NCBI GenBank assembly: GCA_017610175.1
Contig: JAFCCO010000014.1
Location: 1 to 32,954 of the forward strand
Direction: 5' to 3'
Source: Candidatus Iainarchaeum sp.
Lineage (GTDB): Archaea; Iainarchaeota; Iainarchaeia; Iainarchaeales; GCA-2688035
Length of the DNA: 32,954 bases
A program made the position numbers and the translations under genes. Under the pieces are notes generated by a model. It was not told the DNA's origin. It made no database searches and saw only the letters and a program-made list of their open reading frames with translations. The number at the start of each line of letters is the position of its first letter. Positions within the stretch are counted from its first letter, which is position 1. Shown here piece after piece: positions 1-7,906 of this stretch.

Positions 1-114
1 ATGACTAAGTGCAAAAACTGCGGGCATGAGATAATTTTTATAGAAAGATGGTGGCACTTAAGAGCCATTAGACAAACTAAGCAAGGGGAAATGACTGATG
101 TGGCAATTAAATGT
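1..114. repeat. Terminal direct repeat (identical to 32841-32954); indicates a circular genome of ~32,840 bp
   Basis: First 114 nt are identical to the last 114 nt, and ORF 32686-32844 runs into ORF 1-180 with an ATGA overlap across the junction. Confidence 0.97.
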
Positions 115-180
115 CCTCAATGTAAATGTAACGAGCCGTTGCCGTTGTCTGTGGAGGAAAAGAGAGGGGGCGGGAAATAA
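1..180 (+). CDS. Small Zn-finger protein (59 aa, CxxC...CxxC) ending GGGK
   Basis: Manual translation MTKCKNCGHEII...KCPQCKCNEPLPLSVEEKRGGGK. Confidence 0.8.
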   Translation: MTKCKNCGHEIIFIERWWHLRAIRQTKQGEMTDVAIKCPQCKCNEPLPLSVEEKRGGGK

Positions 181-182
181 AG

Positions 183-371
183 ATGAGTGAAGGTTTTTTT
201 AAGCGAACAGCAAGAATTTATGTTGACTGGATGGATTCTCAGAATTTTGTTAGACATTCAATTGCGCTTTTTTGGCTTCCAGTTTTTATCCCAATAATAT
301 TGGTTTTGAAATATAACCATATTTTTGAGTTTGCAGAAGCATTAGATAAGTTAAGTGGGGGCGGGAAATAA
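183..371 (+). CDS. Hypothetical small membrane protein (62 aa) ending GGGK
   Basis: ORF track; one hydrophobic segment; bounded by junction repeats. Confidence 0.75.
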   Translation: MSEGFFKRTARIYVDWMDSQNFVRHSIALFWLPVFIPIILVLKYNHIFEFAEALDKLSGGGK

Positions 372-373
372 AA

Positions 374-616
374 ATGGGCGTTACTAAAGAAGAGATTAGG
401 ACACATTTACTAAGTCCAGTTCAAAGGAATGACATGGAAAATGATGCGGATTGTGAAGTTACAAATGTTTTGGCTTTGTGGTGTCAGCATTGGGAAGAAA
501 AGTTAAGCAAAATGAGTAAGGAAGAAAGAAGAACTTTTTTGGACAAAAAGCAACCGAAGTCAAGCTGGCATTTTATTGTTGAAATAATAGAAGAAGAAGA
601 GGCGGGGGGGGTGTAG
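374..616 (+). CDS. Hypothetical protein (80 aa)
   Basis: ORF track; starts 2 nt after a junction repeat. Confidence 0.75.
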   Translation: MGVTKEEIRTHLLSPVQRNDMENDADCEVTNVLALWCQHWEEKLSKMSKEERRTFLDKKQPKSSWHFIVEIIEEEEAGGV

Positions 617-623
617 GTAAAAG

Positions 624-773
624 ATGATTCTTGAGGGGAAGGATGCGTTGGCTTTTGTTGAGCGTATGCGAAAGCAGGTGGGTAAGCCTTTGACAAAGTC
701 GGATAAGGAGTTATTGAAAGAGATTAAGAAACTGCCATTGTCTGTGGAGGGAAAGAGAGGGGGTGGGAAATAG
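624..773 (+). CDS. Hypothetical protein (49 aa) ending LPLSVEGKRGGGK
   Basis: Manual translation MILEGKDALAFVERMRKQ...; tiles the array. Confidence 0.75.
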   Translation: MILEGKDALAFVERMRKQVGKPLTKSDKELLKEIKKLPLSVEGKRGGGK

Positions 774-775
774 AA

Positions 776-919
776 ATGGATGGAAATACAAAACAAGAGA
801 TTGAAGCAAAAATTGGGACATTAAGACATACTAAGGCATTTATCAATATGCTCATTAGAGCAAGAAAAGAAGACCTTGCAGAATTAAGAAAAAGGAAGCC
901 AAGCGGGGGCGGGAAATAA
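776..919 (+). CDS. Hypothetical protein (47 aa) ending GGGK
   Basis: Manual translation MDGNTKQEIEAKIG...KRKPSGGGK. Confidence 0.75.
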   Translation: MDGNTKQEIEAKIGTLRHTKAFINMLIRARKEDLAELRKRKPSGGGK

Positions 920-921
920 AG

Positions 922-1026
922 ATGAATCCTTGTGATGAATGTTTGGCTGATTGCAAAAGATGTATTTTGCGGGATGCGGTTAATGCGTTGGAGCGGATTG
1001 CGGTTGCGTTGGAGGAAAAGAAATGA
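922..1026 (+). CDS. Small Cys-rich protein (34 aa)
   Basis: MNPCDECLADCKRCILRDAVNALERIAVALEEKK; ATGA overlap with the next gene. Confidence 0.65.
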   Translation: MNPCDECLADCKRCILRDAVNALERIAVALEEKK

Positions 1027-1718
1027 GTGAACGAGTTTTCATAATAATGCCTGCGTTCAACGTTGAAGACCAGCTTGCAGAAACCGTTGCAAAGATTCCA
1101 GCGGGTGTGTGTGAAAAGCTAATTATTGTAAACGATGGAAGCAAAGACAACACTTTAAAGATTGCAAAGAAAATAAGCGGAACAGATTTTGAGGTTCAGG
1201 TAATAGACCATAAGAAAAATCTTGGATATGCGTTGGTTCAAAAGCGTGGGTACAGGGAGGCTTTGAAACAGGGAGCGGACATAATGGTGTTACTGCATGG
1301 GGATGGCCAGTATGCTCCAGAGTTTATTCCTTTGCTTCTTAGCCCGTTGCTTAAAGGAACGGCTGACGTGGTTCAGGGAAGCCGGATGCTTGGCGACCCG
1401 TTGGCTGGCGGAATGCCTTTTTACAAATATGTTGGAAACAAGATTTTAACGGGTTTTGAAAACCTTGTGCTTGGGCTTAACATGTCGGAGTTTCACAGCG
1501 GATACATTGCTTACTCTAAGAAAGCTCTTGGTGTTGTACCTTTTGAGGATATGGAGAACTGTTTTCATTTTGACGGGGAGATGATTATTTCAGCAAACAA
1601 AGCAGGGCTTAGAGTGGAAGAGGTTCCAATTCAGACAATTTATGCGGGAGAAAAAAGCAACCTTAATCCGTTAAAGTATGGCTTAAATGTTATTAGGGTT
1701 GCGTTAAAGTATTGGTGA
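1023..1718 (+). CDS. GT2 glycosyltransferase, polyprenol/dolichol-phosphate sugar synthase (DPM1-like)
   Basis: IIMPAFN, IIVNDGSKDNT, HKKNLGY, LHGDGQY, DVVQGSR and EFHSGY motifs. Confidence 0.93.
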   Translation: MSERVFIIMPAFNVEDQLAETVAKIPAGVCEKLIIVNDGSKDNTLKIAKKISGTDFEVQVIDHKKNLGYALVQKRGYREALKQGADIMVLLHGDGQYAPEFIPLLLSPLLKGTADVVQGSRMLGDPLAGGMPFYKYVGNKILTGFENLVLGLNMSEFHSGYIAYSKKALGVVPFEDMENCFHFDGEMIISANKAGLRVEEVPIQTIYAGEKSNLNPLKYGLNVIRVALKYW

Positions 1719-1724
1719 TTTGTT

Positions 1725-2210
1725 TTGAAGCTGTTGGGAGATTATGCGAGGGCAAAGCGGTTTAACAAAATTTTAAAGCATGTAAATTTTGAGGACGTTG
1801 TTCTTGACTTGGGTTGTGGTAAGGACATGTGCAACACTAAGAAGTTGAGAACTCTTGGATTTAACTGCATTGGAGTTGACTTAAACGGTGGAGATGTTGT
1901 AGCTGACGCAAGGTGCCTTCCGTTTGAAGACAACTTTTTTGACACAGTTCTTGCAATAGAGGTCTTGGAACATGTTGACTGTGTAAAAGAAATATGCAGA
2001 GTTTTAAAGCCAAACGGTTGGCTTATTGCGACCACTCCGAATCCTGCGTTGGACTGGATAATTCACGTCTTTGAGGGGCTTGGATTAATTTACCCCAACG
2101 TTACGCCTCACAATAACTTGTTACGGCTTAAAGACCTTCCAATGAAACTTATAAAATTTGACTGGATGTTCTTTCACATAACTCAGTTTGGGGTTTTGGC
2201 CAATGATTAA
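1725..2210 (+). CDS. Class I SAM-dependent methyltransferase (Methyltransf_11-like)
   Basis: VLDLGCG, GVDL, DARCLPFEDNFFD, EVLEHV and RVLKPNG motifs. Confidence 0.92.
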   Translation: MKLLGDYARAKRFNKILKHVNFEDVVLDLGCGKDMCNTKKLRTLGFNCIGVDLNGGDVVADARCLPFEDNFFDTVLAIEVLEHVDCVKEICRVLKPNGWLIATTPNPALDWIIHVFEGLGLIYPNVTPHNNLLRLKDLPMKLIKFDWMFFHITQFGVLAND

Positions 2211-3387
2211 GCGAAACGAAACTCTTTTGCTTTTCTTATTAATCTTGTTAGGCTTTTCGTTGCGTTTTGCTGGAAGCGTTTACTTTCCAATGTGGGCGGG
2301 GCCTGACGAACCGGCTCACTTTGTTTACATTCAGCACATTGCAGAACACGGTGTCCCGAACTTTGTTTTAACGAAGGAAATCATTAACGACAGCCTGTAT
2401 TACATCAGCGTGTTTGAGCCTCCACTGTATCACGCTTTGCTTTCATTGTTTCCATTAAACCTTTATTTTCTAAGGCTGTTTTCTGTTCTGTTTGGAACTG
2501 CAGGAATTTTTGTAACTTATTTGATTGCGAAGCGTCTTGGGTTTAATGCAGGAATTAGGCTTGCGAGTGCGGCTTTTGTTGCGTTGCTTCCAACGCATGT
2601 AATAGTTAGCAGCGTGGTAAACAACGGTTCTCTTGTGTGGCTTTTTTGTTTAATAACAATATACTTTTCAATTTTGGCTCTTGAGGAAAGGAAGGCAGTT
2701 CACGTTGCTTTGGTTGGGGTGTTCTTTTCTCTTGCTGTTTTAACAAAGCTCACTGCGTTAAGCCTTGTTCTAACTGTGGCAATCGTGTTGGGAGTGTATG
2801 TTTTCAAGAGCAGGGGTCATGTGTTGAAAAAACTGGCAGTGTGTTTAATTCCGTTGGCAATAGTTCCTGTCTTTTTGAGAAACCTTGCAACAACTGGTGG
2901 GTTGATGCCAAGCATGTTGAGCAAGCCGTTTAACCTTTCGTTTAGCTGGCTGTTGTACTATATCACTCACTTGTTTTCAGGAGTGTGGCTTCAAGAGTAC
3001 GGAGCGGCAACGGTTCCAGACTATCGAATTTTGTTCTTTGCGTTCTACGCAGTTGTTTCGCTTGTGGCGTTGGTTGGGTTTGTTCACTTTTTCTTTACTA
3101 AGTTAAGTTTAAGAAAAAGGTTTATGACATTTTCAGTTTTAATTTTGCCAGTGTTGTTAAACTTTGCCGGAGTAACTTACTTGAACACCTTTTGCCTTTG
3201 CCCTGATGGAAGAATGTTATTTGACACGATTGGCCTGGTGGCAATTTTGTTTATGGTTGGGTTGTTTGGAGTGCGAAAGAAATCTAAACTTGTTTTGTTT
3301 GTTCTTTTAACAATGTTTCTTTTAGACTTGGTTGTTTTAGTAAATTATAATGCGGTGTTGCCAGAAGTGATTTGGAGTTTATTATGA
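2188..3387 (+). CDS. GT-C fold membrane glycosyltransferase (ArnT/PMT-like); probable start ~2203
   Basis: Multi-TM protein with PDEPAH, EPPLYH, LRLFSVLFG and LAVLTK motifs. Confidence 0.85.
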   Translation: MGFWPMIKRNETLLLFLLILLGFSLRFAGSVYFPMWAGPDEPAHFVYIQHIAEHGVPNFVLTKEIINDSLYYISVFEPPLYHALLSLFPLNLYFLRLFSVLFGTAGIFVTYLIAKRLGFNAGIRLASAAFVALLPTHVIVSSVVNNGSLVWLFCLITIYFSILALEERKAVHVALVGVFFSLAVLTKLTALSLVLTVAIVLGVYVFKSRGHVLKKLAVCLIPLAIVPVFLRNLATTGGLMPSMLSKPFNLSFSWLLYYITHLFSGVWLQEYGAATVPDYRILFFAFYAVVSLVALVGFVHFFFTKLSLRKRFMTFSVLILPVLLNFAGVTYLNTFCLCPDGRMLFDTIGLVAILFMVGLFGVRKKSKLVLFVLLTMFLLDLVVLVNYNAVLPEVIWSLL

Positions 3388-3472
3388 TATATACTGTTGT
3401 TTACGGGGGGGGAAGAAAAATGTTTAGGTTGTGGGATAGGTTGTGGTTTGCTTTGAGGACTGGTGTTAGAAA

Positions 3473-3910
3473 ATGAGGGATGTTTTGGTAATTGGCAACG
3501 GTGTTTCTGAAACGCTGATGGTGTTGAACGATTTGGCAAAGTTTAGGGTGGCGGTTTCTGTTACTGTTCGGCCTCACCAGATGCGAAAGGATGTTGGAGC
3601 GATTGCCGAGCATGCGGCTCGTTTGGTTTTGGATGTGGTTGTTGACCGGCGGCAGGAACTCAACGAGCAGATGGTTTCTCACAACGTGGTTTTGACTTTG
3701 TTTAATGCAACTGGCAGCGGAACTTATTCAAGCGTGGTTTTGCAGGCGATTGGCTGCCGTTGCCCTGTTTTGATTTACTGCTTTAACAGGGAGACGGCTG
3801 ATGTTTTGTTTAAGAACATGCGGAAAACAGGCGAAAGGAATTTTGCAATTGAGGCCCGTATTGTTTCTTCCCCTGAACAGCTTGAAGAGGATGTGTTGGT
3901 ATGGTGCTGA
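3473..3910 (+). CDS. Rossmannoid protein, possibly SLOG/YspA-like nucleotide-binding
   Basis: N-terminal VLVIGNG; LNEQMV..VLTLFNATGSGT resembles SLOG RNxxMV..LIAxWDGxSxGT. Confidence 0.5.
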   Translation: MRDVLVIGNGVSETLMVLNDLAKFRVAVSVTVRPHQMRKDVGAIAEHAARLVLDVVVDRRQELNEQMVSHNVVLTLFNATGSGTYSSVVLQAIGCRCPVLIYCFNRETADVLFKNMRKTGERNFAIEARIVSSPEQLEEDVLVWC

Positions 3911-4059
3911 AGGGAGCTTATGATGGCGGCTTTGAGTTGTGCCGTTGCCTTCGATGCGGGTACAGCTGGTTTCCTAAAAAGGAAGGTGAGCCAATTCGTT
4001 GTGCCAACCCGGAGTGCCATTCTCCTTACTGGAACAAGGCGCGGGTGCGAAATGAATGA
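3901..4059 (+). CDS. Zn-ribbon protein typical of archaeal viruses (52 aa)
   Basis: Manual translation ...CLRCGYSWFPKKEGEPIRCANPECHSPYW... Confidence 0.85.
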   Translation: MVLKGAYDGGFELCRCLRCGYSWFPKKEGEPIRCANPECHSPYWNKARVRNE

Positions 4060-4157
4060 TTTGCACCGAATGCGGGAACGCAGAGTATTTCATTTTTGAA
4101 GAGAACGGGGAAGTAATTTGTTCTCACTGTGGGACGGTGGTGAAAGCTGTGCGCTAA
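4056..4157 (+). CDS. Stand-alone TFIIB/TFB-type zinc ribbon (33 aa)
   Basis: MICTECGNAEYFIFEENGEVICSHCGTVVKAVR matches the TFB N-terminal CPxCG...xGExxCxxCGxV pattern; ATGA overlap with the previous gene. Confidence 0.75.
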   Translation: MICTECGNAEYFIFEENGEVICSHCGTVVKAVR

Positions 4158-4176
4158 AGAAAAGAAAGTAAAGTTT

Positions 4177-4467
4177 GTGAAACCGGTTAATATAATTTCT
4201 TCGGTTTGCTTTCCCCTGCTTCCAGGCGAACACATAGATTTGGAAACCGCTTTAAGTTGTGTTAAAGAAAGTAGAAAATTTAACAGCTGTTATATTAACG
4301 AAGCGTTTCACAACCTTTGTTTGAAGGGAGAGGGTGTAACAATTACTGTAACTTACAAGGGTAGTTGTAAGATTTTTTCCCTAATGTCAGAGCGTGAAAC
4401 GGAACGTTTTTGCTTTGATTTGTGGGCTGATTTTTTTAAAAAAAATACGGTAAAACAAACACTATAA
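4177..4467 (+). CDS. Single-repeat TATA-binding-protein (TBP)-like protein
   Basis: VNIISS~VNIVAS, IDLE~LDLE, YINEAF~YEPEQF, VTITVTYKGSCKIFSLMSERE~VTFLIFSSGKIVITGAKSEEE; only one TBP repeat in 96 aa. Confidence 0.72.
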   Translation: MKPVNIISSVCFPLLPGEHIDLETALSCVKESRKFNSCYINEAFHNLCLKGEGVTITVTYKGSCKIFSLMSERETERFCFDLWADFFKKNTVKQTL

Positions 4468-4542
4468 TTTAAATACCCTTATGGAGTTTGTATAGCTTGC
4501 CCTTGTTTTAAGGCATTCTGTTGGGGGCAAAAAATTCGTTAT

Positions 4543-4576
4543 ATCGTTAAGGGAAGTTAGGTGCATATATATGTAC
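4543..4576 (+). promoter_or_regulatory. Putative late promoter motif upstream of the major capsid gene
   Basis: ATCGTTAAGGGAAGTTAGGTGCATATATATGTAC; a near-identical copy is on the minus strand at 25009-25041. Confidence 0.75.
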
Positions 4577-4593
4577 CAAAATGGTGAAATCGA

Positions 4594-4830
4594 ATGGAGG
4601 GAAACATCGTGGACAAGCTGGAAACAAGAGGACAGATTAATGTTGCGGCTGCTGCTATTGGAGCTATAATCGGTGTTATTGGAATCATAATCTTCGCAGA
4701 AGTTTATGACGGCCTTAACACTACACAAGTTTCAACCAGTGCAACCAATCTGCTTGATCTTGTAGACTTGCTGCTTGCTGCGGTACTAATTATAGGTATC
4801 GTTGCGCTCATGGCCTTCATCCGAAGGTAA
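4594..4830 (+). CDS. Major capsid protein, spindle-shaped virus type (SSV1 VP1/His1-like)
   Basis: Two hydrophobic helices with a short linker containing NTT; SATNLLDLVDLLLAAVLII resembles SSV1 VP1 TNATLLNLVPLFYILVLII; has its own promoter and terminator. Confidence 0.85.
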   Translation: MEGNIVDKLETRGQINVAAAAIGAIIGVIGIIIFAEVYDGLNTTQVSTSATNLLDLVDLLLAAVLIIGIVALMAFIRR

Positions 4831-4847
4831 TGAGGTGGCATAAGCCA

Positions 4848-4882
4848 GCGCCTCTTGCGGGGGCGTTCCTTTGTTTTTTTTT
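4848..4882 (+). terminator. GC hairpin plus T-tract after the MCP gene
   Basis: CGCCTC-TTGC-GGGGGCG followed by T9. Confidence 0.65.
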
Positions 4883-4897
4883 GTGAGGTGTTAGAAA

Positions 4898-5245
4898 TTG
4901 CTTGATGTGATATTTTATTTGCAGGTTGCGTTCTTTGCCGTGCTTTTGCTTTACGGTTTTTGGAGCAAGTCGCCTGCTGTGTTTGCTTTGGCTGGTGTGT
5001 TTTCAATTTTAACCGGTGTAATGCTTGTTGGTGAAGGGCTTGACATTCCAACAGGGTATGAGATTTCTGGGGCGGATGATAATGTAATGCAGGTTTCTGA
5101 AACTTATTCGACTTACTTTACTTTTAATTCGGGTGCTGTGAATATGTGGCATTATGTTTTGTTGTATGGTGGGTTTGTTTGGTTGATTGTTGCGGCTGTG
5201 CTTGCTAAGAGAGGGCATGAGGTGGGTGTGGATGTTGGCGAGTAA
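4898..5245 (+). CDS. Small multi-TM virion/membrane protein
   Basis: Three hydrophobic segments; GAGGTG RBS before a TTG start. Confidence 0.8.
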   Translation: MLDVIFYLQVAFFAVLLLYGFWSKSPAVFALAGVFSILTGVMLVGEGLDIPTGYEISGADDNVMQVSETYSTYFTFNSGAVNMWHYVLLYGGFVWLIVAAVLAKRGHEVGVDVGE

Positions 5246-7874
5246 GCTGGTTGTTTGCGCTTTCCTGTTGTTGTTTTGTTCGCAGGCTTTTGCTTTTTTT
5301 GGTTTGTTTGAGCGGCAGATGCCGCCAATAATTATTAACAATCTTGATGTTAATGGAGAGGATGTTAATGTTAACAATTTGTGGGCTGTAAACATTGATG
5401 CTAATTCTATTATTGTGGATTTTTTGGTTGGGAGAAACTATATTGATTTGAATATTTTGAATGATATTAATGCAAGGAATGCTGGTTTGACTGGCCAGCT
5501 TTGGGTTGGGGGGGGTTCGTTTTTTGGTGGGGATGTGAATGGTGCATACGATATTCGGGCTAAACAGTTTCTTTGGGCGGAAGGTGGAAAGCTTTGCACT
5601 GCAACGCAATGCTATGATATTGCTTTGGATTTAAATTTTTTTAGAAGCGAAGCAGACTTGAACACAATTGGCTTTGTGCCGTACGTTGGTGCTGGTTCAA
5701 ACGTTGACCTTGGAGCGTACGACTTTGCAACAACAGGCTCAGGTAGGTTTGACAGATTGGGCTTGAATGCCACAGTTGACCCACTCATTCAAATAAAAGG
5801 AATAATGTCTGCTACAGATAATTATGCGATTAATTTTGACGGTACAACAAATCCCTATACTGGGGATATAGATAATGTGCTTGCCCCTAAAGGTTTCAAA
5901 ATGCACAGAAAGTTTACAGGGAAGCCATATTTTGCGGCAACGTTTCCGATAGTAAACGATTTCCTTATTGATATGGATTTTGACACAAACCCAGGGGATG
6001 ATGTTCTGTCTTACTTAACCGCTTTTAGGAATGAAATTAAAATGCAAGCCAATTTTGCTCAAAGCGGTTCTCTTACTATGAGACCAATAGTTTCAGAAAA
6101 TATATTTGAGCCAGGAACTTCTACTTTTGGGGATGATGACTCTGTTGCGATTACGGGGGCGGGGAATGCAACTTTAGAATTTATATTAAGCGAAAATAAA
6201 CTGGGAAATAACAGCGCTTTTAGCAATATATTTACATTAAATAAATCAAGCGGCACTGTTACTATTACAGATATTGGATTGAACGTTTTGAATGGGTCAA
6301 AGTTTGCATCTCTGGATGCAGGAGCAACCGTAAACAGAACCAGTTATGTGGCGAAATTGAGTGGGAAAGGATACTCAGATGCCCAGTTTTCTGGCACAGA
6401 TAATATTACTTCAACCCGATACGGTTTGTACATAGACAATATCACAGGAGCGAACAATAATTACGGAATAGTAATAGCTCAAGATGACGTAGGTCTTACT
6501 TTAGGGGCTGGGAAAGAGGCAACTCTTTTAGGTTCGGCAAGCGGTTTTGAAACAACGTCAAACTTTCAGGCACGAGACTTTAACGGAACAAATATGGCTT
6601 TGGACGGCGGGCTTACTTTGAATGGCACCCCGTCTGTAATAGATTCGCCTAACGAAATTCATGTAAAAGCAAACGGTGACTTAGACGACTATATTGCTTT
6701 TGTTACTGCGGGAGGCTCTACAAAGATTGATGCTGTTGGAAGCACACTCTATTTTGATGCAGACGGTTCGGGAATGAATTTTTTAAACAACGACCTTTCA
6801 AACATTGCAACTTTAAATACTGTAGATTTGGTTGCATCTGACGATATATCGGCAGGCGGAAAAGTTACAGTTAATACTTCTGGTTCAGCACAAGATTACT
6901 TAACGCTAAACGGCTCAATTGGAGGAAGCCCACCAAGTTCAATACGAGGCGGTGGAATTAGTTTAAGTAATGGGGCGGGGATTGTTGGGCAGATGTATGC
7001 AAATTTAGATTATAGATTCGTGTGGGACACCACTAAGCAAGCTTCAAGTACGGACACTGGGAATGCGTGGCTGAACCTGCAAACAGGGGCGGTTTCGTTT
7101 GCAGGGCACAATTTTACGATAAGTAGTACAGGGCAAACGGCAATAGATGGCGACAACGTAAAGCTTCTTTTAGGAGAGGCTGGCGATGCTTCACTTTACT
7201 ATGATGCTGTGAATATGTTAATTAACCCAAAAGAAGTTGGAGGCGGAATACTCAAAATTTTGGGGGATGTAAACGCAGAAACGGCTTACTTTGAATCTGC
7301 CAAAATTGGAGATTTAACAAATTTCACTAACTTTGCTTCTGATGGGCGACAAACAATGCTGGGAACAGCAAGGTATAAACTAGGTTTTGAAATTGATAAT
7401 TCTGGATTTAAAGAGCCACCTGCTCAGTCTGCTACTTTAGTGAATAGGGGAATTGGAACAGCTTATGAATTTTCTGACGGGCAAAGTGAACACATTCATG
7501 CTGAGATACGAATTACTGGCAGATGGGTGGATACAGAGGACTTGACTGTTATTTTGTTGTGGGATAGTCCAACAGTTTCAGAAGATTGCAACTGGGAAAT
7601 AACGTATTTGTTTAGAACATTCGATGAAGATATGAGTGAAGAGAATACAGAAGGAACTATATCCTGCCTAAAAACAAGTTCAAGCAATGCAAACGGATTG
7701 GTTCATTCAACTTGCACGATTCCAACAATAGATTTTAACCCAAATGATAAAATACTTCAATTAGAGATTTGGAGAAACGGAGACGACCCAGCTGACACAT
7801 TAGGAGACAGTGCTTATCTTCACACTATGATTATTCAAGGAATTGCTGACGAGTTGGGTGGAGTAGTAACTTAG
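5232..7874 (+). CDS. Large secreted beta-rich fibre/adhesin-like protein (~880 aa)
   Basis: Signal peptide MLASKLVVCAFLLLFCSQAFA after a GAGGTG RBS; rich in G/N/T/S/D; mosaic composition. Confidence 0.8.
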   Translation: MLASKLVVCAFLLLFCSQAFAFFGLFERQMPPIIINNLDVNGEDVNVNNLWAVNIDANSIIVDFLVGRNYIDLNILNDINARNAGLTGQLWVGGGSFFGGDVNGAYDIRAKQFLWAEGGKLCTATQCYDIALDLNFFRSEADLNTIGFVPYVGAGSNVDLGAYDFATTGSGRFDRLGLNATVDPLIQIKGIMSATDNYAINFDGTTNPYTGDIDNVLAPKGFKMHRKFTGKPYFAATFPIVNDFLIDMDFDTNPGDDVLSYLTAFRNEIKMQANFAQSGSLTMRPIVSENIFEPGTSTFGDDDSVAITGAGNATLEFILSENKLGNNSAFSNIFTLNKSSGTVTITDIGLNVLNGSKFASLDAGATVNRTSYVAKLSGKGYSDAQFSGTDNITSTRYGLYIDNITGANNNYGIVIAQDDVGLTLGAGKEATLLGSASGFETTSNFQARDFNGTNMALDGGLTLNGTPSVIDSPNEIHVKANGDLDDYIAFVTAGGSTKIDAVGSTLYFDADGSGMNFLNNDLSNIATLNTVDLVASDDISAGGKVTVNTSGSAQDYLTLNGSIGGSPPSSIRGGGISLSNGAGIVGQMYANLDYRFVWDTTKQASSTDTGNAWLNLQTGAVSFAGHNFTISSTGQTAIDGDNVKLLLGEAGDASLYYDAVNMLINPKEVGGGILKILGDVNAETAYFESAKIGDLTNFTNFASDGRQTMLGTARYKLGFEIDNSGFKEPPAQSATLVNRGIGTAYEFSDGQSEHIHAEIRITGRWVDTEDLTVILLWDSPTVSEDCNWEITYLFRTFDEDMSEENTEGTISCLKTSSSNANGLVHSTCTIPTIDFNPNDKILQLEIWRNGDDPADTLGDSAYLHTMIIQGIADELGGVVT

Positions 7875-7906
7875 AAGGAAAATACACTAACGAGGTGAAT
7901 GTTTTT

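Larger units (their letters stand above)
166..919 (+). repeat. Gene-junction repeat family A, GGGGGYGGGAAATAR(+2 nt+ATG); copies at 166-180, 357-371, 759-773, 905-919 and 32669-32683
   Basis: Read directly. 140-180 vs 733-773 match at 37/41 nt; 900-924 vs 32664-32688 are identical over 25 nt. Confidence 0.92.

Noticed and set aside
1-114. Biological terminal repeat of a linear genome
   Set aside because: ORFs run seamlessly across the junction; an assembly overlap of a circle is more parsimonious, though not provable here
166-919. Junction repeats (also 29964-30347) as a CRISPR array
   Set aside because: Spacers are 140-400 nt, contain complete ORFs and vary in length; repeats are non-palindromic; no cas genes
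166-919. C-terminal GGGK as a ubiquitin/SAMP-like di-glycine tag
   Set aside because: Proteins are unrelated and not beta-grasp-like, end in Lys, and conservation extends to synonymous and non-coding positions
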